64,000 nucleotides of DNA from Heterodontus francisci. Taxonomy: Eukaryota. Below are positions 1-12,525 of this stretch, piece after piece. Location of the stretch: positions 63,248,170 through 63,312,169 of the forward strand of contig NC_090385.1 of NCBI RefSeq assembly GCF_036365525.1. Reading direction: 5' to 3'. The notes beneath the pieces were generated by a model, which ran no database searches, was not told the DNA's origin, and saw only the letters and a program-made list of their open reading frames with translations. The position numbers and the translations under genes were made by a program. How positions within the stretch are numbered: position 1 is the stretch's first letter; the number at the start of each line of letters is the position of its first letter.

Positions 1-534
1 CCTCCCTCCTAAAATCCAGAGATCAAACAGAGATTAGGAACACAGTACATGGAATTACAGGGGCAAACCAGTGTCCCCAGGGAATGTTACTGTTACTAAG
101 GTGTATTTTAGAGTTTCTAAACAAAGTGTATATGCTCCAAAAGTTTATCACTCTCCCCCTCATACCAAAGGTGGGGGACAAAAGGGAATTAGTTAATTCT
201 ATCAAAGGAGAAACTCGTCTTGGAAATCTTCATTTATTCAGTTTCTTTACCTTTTTTCCCTGATCCACAGCAATACCATTCTCACCTGCTGCATATGTTA
301 GCTCAATTGTTGTCATAGCATTACATCCAGAAGTACTGCAACTTCAGGACTATTTTACTTAAAGTTACATTATTTTGAAACTGTTGGGACACATATACAT
401 CAATTTTGTTTTGCAGTATCTAAACTACAGGAAGCTCTCAAGCCAAATTCTTTACTTCATACTCAAAGCACTTACAGATAGAGATGCAAGTGTACAGGAC
501 AAAAGTTCAAGTGAAAGTCAGCAAAAGCATCAGC

Positions 535-955
535 CTCGGCTAGGTGGTAGCAATCTCGCCTCCAAATCAGAGGTTGTGGAAGTTCCACTTGTGATATCTG
601 ATCTAGGCTGACATTTCAGTACAGTACTGAGGGAGCGCAAGACCATCACAAAGGTGCTGTGTTTTTTTAATGAGATGTTAAAATCGTGGCCCTGTCTGTG
701 CTTGCAGATGGGCTCAAAAGATCACTATTTGAAGAGCAGCAATGGAGGTCTCCTAATGTCCCAGCCAACATTTATTCTTCAAACAATATCCAGTAATTTA
801 TCTCATTGCTGTTTGTAGGACTTTGCGGTATGCAAATTGGCTGCCAAGTTTGGCTACATTAAAAAGATGACTATACTTAAAAAAAGTACTTCATTGGCTG
901 TGTAGTAGTTTGGGAGGTCTTGATATGAAAGGCTCTATATAAATGCAAGTTCATT
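535..955 (+). mobile_element. Deu-SINE-like (SacSINE1-like) element
   Basis: tRNA-like head, CAGTACTGAGGGAG body, ATAAATGCAAGT tail; similar to 29040-29460. Confidence 0.7.
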
Positions 956-1744
956 ATTATTTAGTGACTTCTTACATTAATGAAGAGAGCATCAGATATC
1001 ACTCAGGTTCAAGAAATTAAGTTACACAGTCTTTTCACTTACAAAACCGATTACTGACAATTAAATCATAGAGGGGTGATATTAAAGCACAATAGCCTGT
1101 GGAGTGGGATTTCAATCTGGGGAACTCTCCCCAGGTGCACTGTAAAGAATTGGCAGAAAGATCGCCTACCTAATAATATATTTTCTATTTTGTGTTGCAA
1201 CATGCAACCGCAAAAAGCTGTCATGTTGGTTGTCGTGGTTGGAAAACACCGACTGTAATTAGAGTGTTCTGGTCAGAGCACACCTTGAATACTGAATTCA
1301 GTTCGGTTTGCAAGAAACAAGAGGGATTCAAACACTGGTATCAATGCAGAGAAATGCCATAAGGCTGATTGGGGGCGGGGCAGGGGAAGGCCACATGTTC
1401 AGACTAGTTAAAAGGTAATTTTCAGACTGACATCTGGAAATTCTTCAAAGTATCAGAGCCAAAACCATGGAATCACCTTGGATGTCAATCCTCATGCTGA
1501 TATGTAAATATAAAGTTCAGGAGGAGCACGGAATGAGTCCCAGCTCAAGTCAGAAAGTTGCCAGTATTGGATGGAGGGGGACAGCAGACGCAAACCATTG
1601 TTCCATAAGACTGCAGTTGATGCTCCAACCTACAGTACCAAAGCATATACAGTCTCATAATTCCTTATGGACGGTGTCAACACTTCATACGTAGTAACAA
1701 CTTTCTAGCTGAAAGCAGTGATCAAATGATTTACCTGCACTTAC

Positions 1745-1910
1745 CTTGTACAGTCGAATCCATTCCTAATGTTTTCTGTACATTTCTGCAGATTACAGAC
1801 AGACAGCGCTGAAACACTTCATCACAGTCTTGTTTAGCATTCCCGCAAGTATCATAACAACGATCATGCTGATTGCAGCACTTAGTCATGGAAGGGATTC
1901 CCACGTCCAG
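1745..1910 (-). CDS. PLA2G12A: Group XIIA secretory phospholipase A2-like, coding exon 3
   Basis: Hand translation LDVGIPSMTKCCNQHDRCYDTCGNAKQDCDEVFQRCLSVICRNVQKTLGMDSTVQ; catalytic CCxxHDxC intact; acceptor ttgtaaatAG, donor GTaagt; 166 bp, phases 0/1 fit exon 2. Final exon not found in 1-1744, so presumably before the window. May be a paralog rather than the ortholog. Confidence 0.95.
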
Positions 1911-3751
1911 CTATTTACAAAAATATACATAAATGTGCATGAGAGCTGGGTAGTAATCTCATGATAAAATCTGCAGTCAACACTAAAGTTGGAGAATATT
2001 GGCCCTCATTATGTTCTGGTGCCATGATGCTCCAAAAGCTGAGCATAAGCAATGCCTAATTGTTACAAGCTCTAGACATGCCTGACAGTTGTTGTAAAGT
2101 AAGAAAGTAGCACGCACAAATTTAGATTCAGTCTTTATTTAACCTCACACCCTCTCAACTTCTGCTCCAGCCTTGGGCCTAGACCACTCACTCCTTGCAC
2201 CACTGGGGTGGGCAGTGTGCCCACATGTCCTGGAAGGTAGCTAGAGCACTTTGAAAGTACAAAGCTGGATTGAAAGCCAACCCAACCTACTCTGGGTGGG
2301 AATAGAAGGCTGAGGCCAAGAGTCTCCTGGAAAGGAGAGAGATACCAATCTAGCTGGGGGCTGGGTGGTATAAAACTAGCTGGGCAGCGAGAAGCAGGAC
2401 AGACCTCTCAGCCTTTAGAACTTGCACGAGATCCCTGGAACCAAGAACTACAGGGATGTCAAAAAGAATAAGAATAGCCCAATATTAACATTTGCAGCCC
2501 AGGTTGGCGCGACGCAAAACCCAATTAGTGGAATAGAAGAAATTCAGAGTCTTCATCTCGTACATGTTACATGGCTGCCATAGAACAACCAATTTGCTAG
2601 AAGAGGAATGAGAGCATGGTCACAACAGCCCAATCTGATCAATAAGAGGCCATAAGTGAATGGGCCACAGAGGGGCAGAAGTAGATGGATGTAGATAGAG
2701 AGATGTGACAATTTTCTCCACCCCCCCATCACTGTAATGTCTTGTTGGGATCTAGTTCCAATAGCACCAGGAATGCTTCAGCACGTTGCTCAAGCAGCCA
2801 GTGCTCATGTGTGAGCCTTGTATTTCAACCATGGAGGAATGACAGCTAAGCTGAATCTCCAATCCTATCCTCCCCATTTTTGAGCAGGAGTTACTAACCA
2901 GCAATCAGGAACAGACACCCTGGCTGAATTTCCCTTCCCCCCTCCAAACTTCTTGCTCCAGAAACTTCAAGTTCAACTGTAGCAAAATCAACAGAAACTT
3001 AAGACTGGCACCTTCTGATCTGAATGGCTCAGGATGGTGCTTTTTACAGGAACTTCCCTTCATATTTTATTTAAGGAAATGTCAGACATAATTTTGGTGT
3101 TATCCTTTTCTTGGGAGTGTTCCTTCAATTGATCTTGTTCTTAGCTCACAGCTTACCTTTAATACCTTACTATTCTTTCTCACCCCTTTCCCCATGTCAG
3201 AGTTTCGTTTTTCCCCCACCCAAAATAAGTAGGCAATTTCTCCCTGGTCTCTACTTCAAACATTTTGTAGCCTTCTTCCCCCATTTACCTTGTTTCCTGT
3301 GAGGGAGCAGTTTGCCCAGGTAATTTGGCCAAGTCTCTGAACTTTCCTTTACAACAACTTGCATTTATATAGCGCCTTTAACACAGTAAAATAACCAGGG
3401 CTCTTTACATGACAGCAGGAACAGAAGAATTAGGAAAGTTGACCAAAAGCACAGAAAGATAAATTTGTGGCAGCTTTTAATGGTCAAGAAAATAGTAGGC
3501 AAAGAGATTTAGTGAGGGAGCGTCAAAGGGAAGGACCAAGACAACTGAAAAGTTATGTCACCAAGTAAAGATGGGATGATGGAGGGGTGATCTACAGGAT
3601 GTTAAAGGGCTAGAGATGGATGACCACAGGGCATGCAATGGGCCGTAGGACTAGAGGAAGCTGAGGGAAGGCCATGGAACAGTTCAAATAGGAGTATAAA
3701 AATTTTAAACTTTGATGCACTGGGAAACAGGGAGCCAGTGGAGCAAAGTTT

Positions 3752-4215
3752 TTTTTTTAAATTCATTCATGGGATGTGGGCGTCACTGGCCAGGCCAGCA
3801 TTTATTGCCCATCCCTAATTGCCCTCGAGAAGGTGGTGGTGAGCTGCCTTCTTGAACCGCTGCAGTCCATGTGAGGTAGGTACACCCACAGTGCTGTTAG
3901 GAAGGGAGTTCCAGAATTTTGACTCAGCGACAGTGAAGGAACGGCGATATAGTTCCAAGTCAGGATGATGTGTGACTTGGAGGGGAACTTGCAGGTGGTG
4001 GTGTTCCCATGCATCTGCTGCTCTTGTCCTTCGAGGTGATAGAGGTCACGGGTTTGGAAGGTGCTGTCTGAGGAGCCTTGGTGCATTACTGCAGTGCATC
4101 TTGTAGATGGTACACACTGCTGCCACTGTGCGTCAGTGGTGGAGGGAGTGAATGTTTGTGGATGGTGTGCCAATCAAGCGGGCTGCTTTGTTCTGGATGG
4201 TGTCGAGCTTCTTGA
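3752..4215 (-). mobile_element. 3' fragment of the same LINE family
   Basis: Highly similar to 47500-47925 and 25460-25900. Confidence 0.88.
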
Positions 4216-4915
4216 CAGAGTAGAGACAGAGTGACAGGCAAGTGTGACAGCACATGAGCAGTAGGGATATGGGCTAAGCTAGGGGCCAGATATTCAATAT
4301 GAGCCCTACATCACAAAAACACAGATCAAGGGTTCAGTAGCAGTTTGTAAAAAAAAAAAAAACTGACAATGAAGATGTGTTGGTTTGAGGTAAATCTGAT
4401 ATTTTCATTTAGTCAAAGCATGAACAGCAAAAATAATTTTTAAAATTCACTTTAATGATGGCACAATGCTGGAGTTTGTAAGAAACTTGAAATCTCAAAC
4501 TAATTTACTTTTATTCCCAGCTGCCTCACCCTTAAAAGACAAATTTATTCTTCCCTTGCTTTAATTCAAGTACAGCAAACAAAAAAACTCCACATATTTA
4601 GTATGTGCAATAGGTGATGACTGCCAGTAATACTGAGGAAGAGGGGCTCAGGAGACAAATTAAAATTGCATTTATGACTTTCGTAAAATTAAATTCTGTA
4701 CTGATCTTTAATTTTCAACCAAGACATAAAACTGTATTCATTTTGTAGTTATGCAACAGTTACGCCTCACATGGGCATAATTAAGGGAACATTCTGTTCA
4801 GCAAATTTATATTGTTTATTAATGAAACTACAATAGCACTTCTTTCAATGTTACTGAGCTTTAATGAACCTGGTCAGACAATATGCAAATCTTTGACAGA
4901 CACAGCATTCCTTAC

Positions 4916-4992
4916 TTGAACTCCAAACATAGGAGAGCCACATCCATTAGGTGGTGGAGGCTTATAATCAGAACGAGGAACTGGCTTGGATC
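4916..4992 (-). CDS. PLA2G12A: PLA2G12A-like coding exon 2
   Basis: (G)SKPVPRSDYKPPPPNGCGSPMFGVQ including the NGCG Ca-loop; cattgcAG acceptor, GTaagg donor; 77 bp. Confidence 0.95.
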
Positions 4993-5059
4993 CTGCAATG
5001 AAAAATAAAGGGTTAATGTGTTCAGTTCCTTTCCAGTCAGCCAACATCAGCTTCCACTG

Positions 5060-8000
5060 CAAAATTTCTGTGCCTTTCCTTGTTGACAACTATAACTCCT
5101 TAGTTATAGGAATGGTGCCAGAGAACTGGAAGATTGCAAATGTTACATCCCTATTCAAAAAAGGGGAAAGGGATAAAAACAGCAAGTGCTGGAAATACTC
5201 AACAGGTCAGGCAGCATCTTTGGAGAGAGAAGCAGAGTTTATGTTTCAGGTCTCTGACCTTTCATCAGAACCTAGAAGGGGAAAAGGGATAAACTGGTAA
5301 CCACAAGTCAGTCAGTCAGTCAGTCTGGCATCAGTGGTGGAAAAACTTTGTCAAGGACAAAATTAATTCTCACTTGGAGAAGCATGGGTTAATAAAGGAA
5401 TGTCCAGTACAAATTTTGTCTGACTAAGCTCAAGTTCTTTGAGGTAACAGAGATGGCTGATGAGGATAATACAGTAGATGGTGTATATATGGACTTTTAA
5501 AAAGGCATTTGTACCACATAACAGACTTATTGGAAAATAGAAGCACATGGTATTGAAGGGACAGTGGTAACTTGGATACATAATTGGTTAAGGGATAGCA
5601 GGCAGAAAGTAGTGAATAGCAGATGTTTTTTCTGACTGAAGAGGTATGCAGTGGGCTCCCCCAAGGGTCAGTATTGGGACCAAAGCCTGACTTTTTTTTT
5701 TAAATACATAAATGACCTGGACTTGGGTATAGGAAGTGCAATTTTAAAGTCTGCAAACAATACAAAACTTGGCAATGTAGTAGTGTGCAGGGTAACAGCA
5801 GACTTCAGGTGGGCATAGACGGAACTGGTTGGACAGATGCAATTTAATGCCGATAAGTGTGAAGTGATGCACAGGCAGTATAATCTAAATGGTACTATTT
5901 TAAGCTGGTACAAAAGCAGAGGGACCTGGGGGGTGGATATTCACAAATCTTTAAAGGTGGCAAGGCAAGCTGAGAAGATGAAGAAAATATATGGAATACT
6001 TGGCTTTGTAAATAGGGGCACTGAATACAAAAAACAAGGAAGTAATACCAAACCTTTGCAAATCACTGGTTAGGCCTCAGCTGGAATATTGTGTACAATT
6101 CTGAGCACCACACTTTAGGAAAGATGCCAAGGCCCTGGTGAGGGTACATAGGTTTATCAGGATGATACCAGGGATGAGGAACTTCAGTCTGGTGGACAGA
6201 TTAGAAAAGCTGGGATTTTTCTTCTTAAAGAAGAGGAGGTTAAGAGGAGACCTAATACAGATATCCAAAACTACGATGGAGCAAGTAGGAAGAAACTATT
6301 TCCTCTAACAGATGGGTTGGTAACCAGAGATCGCAAATTTAAAATAATTGGAGAAAGAATTAGTGGGTAAATGGAACATTAGCTATCCTTTAATCTTCCG
6401 GTACCTCACCCGTGGCTAACGATGATACAAAAATCTCTGCCAGGGCCCCAGCAATCTCCTCCCTTGCTTCCCATAGCATCCTAGGACACATCTGGTCAGG
6501 CCCTGGGGATTTATCCACCTTAATGTGCTTCAAAACCTTCACCACCTCCTCCTTTGTAATGTTGATATGCTCCAGGATATCGCTACCCCTCCCTTGAACG
6601 CACTAGCTTTCATGACCTTCTCCACTGTAAATACAGAAGAGGTATTCATTTAAGAGGAGGAGGCCCAATTTCAATGGGGTGAGAACAGATCTGCCCTGAG
6701 TAAATTGTAATCAAAGATTGGCAGGCAAAACGGTAACGCAACAATGGGGTGCCTTTAAAGAGAACATGGTTCATGTACAGTTGATTTACGTTCCCAGGAG
6801 GGGGACAGGTAGAGCAACCAAAACCAGAGTTCCCTAGATGAAAGAAAGAGAGCAATATGTAAGAGAAAAAAAAAAGGGGCATATGATAGATGTCAGGCTG
6901 ATAATGCAAATGAGAATCAGGCTAAATACAGAAAGTTGAGAGAGGAAGCAAAAGAGAAAATGAGTTGCAAAGAGGGAGTAGAAGAGGAGACTGGCAGCTA
7001 ACATAAAAGGAAATACAACATTCTTCTATAAGCAAATAAATAATGAAAAGGTAGTAAGAGGAGGGGTGGGGCCAAATTAGGGAGCAAAAAGAAATATGCA
7101 TGGAGGAAAAGGACATGACTGAGATACTAAATGAGTACTTTGCATCTGTCTTTCCCAAGGCAGAAGATACTGAAGTCATAGTACTAGATAGTCCTAAATC
7201 ACACTGAATATATCCAAGGCCAAGTTAGGCAGATTTCTGAACTATAGGTGTTTGGGGAACAGGCAGAAAGGTGGAGTTGAGGTCAAGATCATATCAGCCA
7301 TAATCGTATTGAATGGCTGAACAGGCTTGAGGGCCGAATGGCCTACTCCATTTATTATGTTCTTATGTAAAAGAAACCTTAGTTGAGATACTGGATGGGT
7401 TAACAATTGATCAAGAGGGGATATTAGAAAGGCTAGCTGTACTTAAAATTAAAAGTCACCAGGGCCAGATAGGATGCTTCCGAGGATGCTGTAGGAAGCA
7501 AGAGCGGAAATTGCGGAGGTACTGGCCATAAATCACCCACTCCTTAGATACGGGGGTTATGCCAGAGGACTGGAGAATTTCAAATGTTACACCCTTGTTC
7601 AAAAAAGGGTGAGGATAAACCCAGCAACTACAGGCCAGTCAGTTTAACCTCAATGGTAGGAAAGCTTTTAAATATGATAATCCGGGACAAAATTAACTGT
7701 CAACTTGGACAAGTGTGGATTAATTAAGGAAAATCAGCAATCATTTGTTATAGGCAAATCATGTTTAACAATTGAATTTTTGATGAGGTAACAGCGAGGG
7801 TTGATGAGGGTAGTGTGGTTGATGCGCTAGATATCAAAAGGTGTTTAATAGAGAGCCACATAACAGGGTTGTCAGCAAAGTTGAAGCCCATGGAATAAAA
7901 GGGACAGTGGCAGCATGGATACAAAGTTGTCTGAATAACAGAAAAGTGGTGAATGGTTGTTTTTCAGACTGGAGGAAAGTATACACAGTGGGGTTCTTCA

Positions 8001-9170
8001 GGGATCAGTACTAGGATAACTGCTTTTTTGATGTATATTAATGACCTTAACTTGGGTGGACAGAGCACAATTTCAAAATTTGCACATGACATAAAACTTG
8101 GAAGTATTGTGGACTGTGAGGAGGATAGTGATAGACTTCAAGAGGACATAGACAGGCTGGTGGAATGTGCATACACATGGCAGACGAAATTTAAACTCAG
8201 AAGTGTGAAGTGATATGTTTTGATAGGAAGAATGATGAGAGGCAATCTAAAGGATACAATTCTAAAGCGGGTGCAGGAACAGAGATAGCTGGGGGTATAC
8301 GTGCACAAATTGTTGAAGGTGGCAGGGCAGGTTGAAAGTGGTTAAAAAAGGACATGGAATGAATCCTGGGCTTTATTTATAAACAGAATATAAAAGCATG
8401 AAAATTATGATGAAGCTTTACGAAAACTGGTTGGGCCTCAACTGGAGTATTGCATCCAATTTTGGGCAATGCAGTTTAGGAAGGATGTAAAGGCTTTAGA
8501 GAGGGTGCAGAAAAGGTTTACAAGACGGTTCCAGGGAAGCTTCAAATTACGTGGACAGACAGCCGAATATGGGGTTGTTCTTTTTAAAGACGACGACGGT
8601 TGAGAGGAGATTTGATAGAGGTGTTCAAGGGTCAAGAACCAGGGACACCAATTTAAAAGGTGAATGGCAAAAGAACCAAAAGCGATACGAGGAAAAACTT
8701 TTTTTATGCAGCAAGTAGTTAGGATCTGGCATGCACTGAGTGTGACGGAGGCAGATTCAATTGTAGTTTTCAAAAGGGAACTAAATAAGCACCTTAAGAG
8801 AAAAAAATTGCTGGGCCATGTGGAAAGGGCAGGAAAGTGGGACTAGCAGAGAGACAGCAGGTACATGACAGGCTGAATGGTTGTAGCACAGAAGGAGGCC
8901 ATTCTATAATGCAATTCTATTCGGAGTTCAACAGTATTTGAAAAGGAGAAACATGAATAAGATTCTAGATTTAGGGAAGGCTGACTTCAATGGGATGAGA
9001 CAGAGACTGTCCATAGTAAACTGGGCAAATCTTCTAATGGGTAAAATAACAGATCATCAATGGAAGGTGTTCAAAAAAAAATCTGTGATAAAGCACCAGT
9101 TTATACCTCTAAAGGCAGGAGTTCTAATTGCCAAAATAGACAGCTAAAGAGATAAGAGGCAACATAAAAA
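5060..9170 (+). mobile_element. Cluster of degraded, nested CR1 LINE fragments
   Basis: PENWKIANVT, QFNADKCEV, SKFAHD, FFMQQVVRIW remnants; short minus-strand piece at ~6380-6640. Confidence 0.88.
5176..5271 (-). mobile_element. Short Penelope terminal fragment with hammerhead motif, inside a CR1
   Basis: Reverse strand gtt-CTGATGA-a-AGGTC-aga-GACCT-GAAAC-ata-aac; similar to 20770-20870; flanked by repeated AAGGGGAAA(A)GGGATAAA. Confidence 0.75.
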
Positions 9171-11316
9171 TATTGCAAGCCATGTGTTATGTTTATGTTT
9201 ATCTCAGTTAATTATTCTACACTTGTCCAGGTCGTATTCTGTGTTACCGTGACCAGTTTGGCTGAAGACATGATTTTGAAACAACTTATAGGGTAGGAGT
9301 GAGACAGTTTACAGAACTGCAACTGATCACTGCATCAAAAAATGCTGGAATTAGTTGTTATGACAATAATGTGTTTGTTGTATGCTGACCAATCAGAATC
9401 TTAGCCTTTACCTGGCTATCTGAAGCAGAACAGTAGTAAAGGATAAAACCAGCCTGATCTTTACACATTTACAAGCTTTTATCTAGAGAGACACACATTA
9501 CATTTACCTTCATACCCAAAAACCACAGTTTCAGTCCACTCCTATACATATGAGCACAAGTGAATCCCAATTAATGCCCACCACCTCTACACGATTAAAA
9601 CACTCAATATACAAATAAGATTCCCTTCTCTCACTTTAAATAAACTTTATACATACTACAATTTTTTTTTAATCAAAAACTTCCATATTCTGTACAAAAG
9701 CATTACCTTGGTGAGATGGCCCTCCTCTAGGACTCCTAACAATTTCTTCATACATGCACTTTTTAGTGAAACAATCTGACAGATGGTTTGAATCCACCCA
9801 TTTAATTTTAGAGATTTTTTCTCTCCAGCATTTATTTCAAGCAAGAAAGGTCAATCCATAACCTTTTCTCACTCACTTTTCCAAAGCATGTACATTATCC
9901 CACAATGAACGATTATCTACATAAAATTCAGTGGGTACACTGTCTTCAGTACACCCACTGTACGGAATATACCTAAAGTAGTCGCCAAATATCATCCCAT
10001 ATCCACTGCCTCCACAAGAGCCAGTGGTTCAGCAGCCAATGTACTTCGAACAACCCTTTTTATTTTCTTAGTTTCCCAAGCTAAAGGCCATTTCCCATTC
10101 TCACCCAAAGGCAATATGAAACCAGCTGCACGACAATACCCATCAGGACGATCAGCACGTGAAGCAGTTAAAAATGACTAGCTTCATGTTCTTCGGTCAC
10201 CTAAAGTTGGGAACTTAAATATGCTCTTCCAGATTTAATTGTCTTAATGTTTTATTTGCCCTTAAAACTTTCTCTACTTTAGGATGTTTCATTGCAATAC
10301 TTAATTCCAACAAATCAAAACCAGCATCTGGTCTAGTCTGAGTACAAAACCAGTTCAACTGACCAATCAGGCTTTGCATTTGCTGTGTCTTCTTTAGATA
10401 CAATTTCATCTTTTTATGACGACCTAGTAACTGGGATAGGAGTAATATTCAAAACAGGATTGTTGTTTCAAACTTATACCAGATCTACTTTGCTTAGTAT
10501 CTAAACCAATACATTTAAAAGCCTGACTCCCAATTTTAAATTCTACTTTAACCTTATTAACACATTTCTCAAATTCCACAGTATCATCCTATAAGTCCCA
10601 CCTGCAAGGACTTGTTCAGTACAAAACCACCGATATAAGGCTGTCTCAGCTTTGTTGTTTGGTACCAGAATAAACTTCAAGCTCACTCGAACTATCTAAC
10701 ATCCTTTGTTTTGCCTCTCTTATTAGTTAATCCTCAAGTTTATTGGCAGCCACCAAAACTTCACGATCATGAGGATTTCTACTTCTAGTTCTGTTACGTG
10801 ACTATTCTGCGGCCTTTATTTTATGGTCTAATCTATTCAAGCTATCGCCTCTACTTCCACTCTTATGACTGTAGGGACGACTACTGAGAGATCTCCCTCT
10901 TACACGATTAGAGGTTCTCTCTCCAGTTTGTGATCATTTTCTGACACAAAAGTCACTTTCAGACTCACTAATTGTACCGTGCTTTCTTACTTTCCACTCT
11001 GTCTCCCATTCTGCCAGTCCACTGACCTCACTTTTTGGCCTTCATCCTAAACATTCAACCAATATTTAAACTTACCAGTAGCTTTTCCTGCACATCCCAC
11101 AATGGTCATTTCCGTCCATTCCTTGGACCCTTCCAGAACATACATGCCCCGAGCACCAGTCTAGGTAATTGTCCTATGGGTGTGATAGCTCTGTCCTGTG
11201 TGTCATGACAACACATATTACCACCATCCACCCATGGCGTACCGTACTCTGTTCCTCAGTACCCTCATCTCAAAACACATGAGCATTTGAGGTACAAAAT
11301 GCCTCATTTATTTCTA

Positions 11317-12525
11317 CAAAGCGACTCCTGACAACGCAGCAGTCCGCTGATCTCATCAGAGCCCTCTAGCTGTGCACATGCGCAGCCTACATCTGGCCAG
11401 GACTAAGTGGCGCATGAGCGGGATGACGTCACCGCACAATGGCAACATCATCGCATATCTGCGCCTGGCCCTTTTTCGCGCATGCGCGATAAAACGTCAT
11501 CGGGTATCCAGCCCCCCACTCGGCTGGAGGAACCAACTGAATGGGAGATTTTGAGGCTGGAGCTCGCCCCCCTTGGCAACTCGCTCCAGGCCTCAATGCT
11601 TCCTCATTTCAGCCGCTCACTCCAGACCTCGCTGCTTCCCCCCCACCCCCATGGCCAATTGTTCCCCCACTCCCCGCTACCCCGCTCTCCGGCCCCTCAC
11701 TCCCGCTCCCCCTGCCACCCTGCTCTCAGGTCACTCGCTCCCTACTTCCCTGCCCCCCTCCAGCTGCTAGCTCTAGGCCGTGCTGCCACTCTTGGCCACT
11801 CGCTCCAATGTCACCCGTCGCCCCTTGCGGCCCGCCTTGCTTCTTCGGACGGCGCGTGGAGAACGATCAAACGCGGGAGCGAGTGGCCGAAAGGAGGGAT
11901 GTGGTGCGGCCTATAACTAGCGGCTGGGGGGGGGGGGGGGGGGTGGTGGTGGGGCCGTGGGGAACGAGTGAGTGACCAGAGAGCGGGGTGGCGCAAGCGG
12001 GGAACAATTGGCCAGGGAAGTGGGGGTGAGCAGCGAGGTCTGGAGCAAGTTGCCGAGGGAGGAGAGCAGCCAGTGGGGCGGGAGTTAGTAGCTGCATTAG
12101 GGTGAAATCAGTCCTGGTCAGTCATATAAACAAATCACATAACAAATTCACAGCACATTTTATACTCTGCCCGATTTTCTTTTCCATCGATCGGGGTGCC
12201 AATTCACTATCTTTCAATGGAAATTCAATCTTAAAATTCCTTTTGTATTTAATAGGATTGCTGGAATATTAAATGGATCTGAGCGTTACTGTTAGTGTCC
12301 TATAACTACATAGCATATTACTGGGCTTCCTTTCAACTTAACGCAAGGTTAGTTTGCTACATCGATCTAGCCATAAGCATTTCCTGTGATAAATTAAGCA
12401 GCGCCATCTTTAATCCTGGCAGCTGCCTGAACGTCGCAGACACTGACGTTCCAGTTGAAATGCCTGCATTTGCGCATGTGCAAGTACTGCGCCACCTGGT
12501 GGTTGTGTTGTCAGCAAACACAGCC
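11317..12525. mobile_element. Non-autonomous foldback DNA transposon (Mutator-like), copy 1
   Basis: 9-bp TSD TTATTTCTA (11308-11316, 12526-12534); inverted repeat CTGACAACRCA starting 12 nt inside each end; long internal C-rich/G-rich inverted repeat. Confidence 0.8.
12489..12502 (-). promoter_or_regulatory. CTCF consensus motif inside the foldback element
   Basis: CCACCAGGTGGCGC on the minus strand; binding not demonstrated. Confidence 0.5.

Noticed and set aside
11372-12097. Overlapping Pro/Gly-rich ORFs
   Set aside because: By-product of the C/G-rich inverted repeat in a non-coding transposon; same for 42873-43816.
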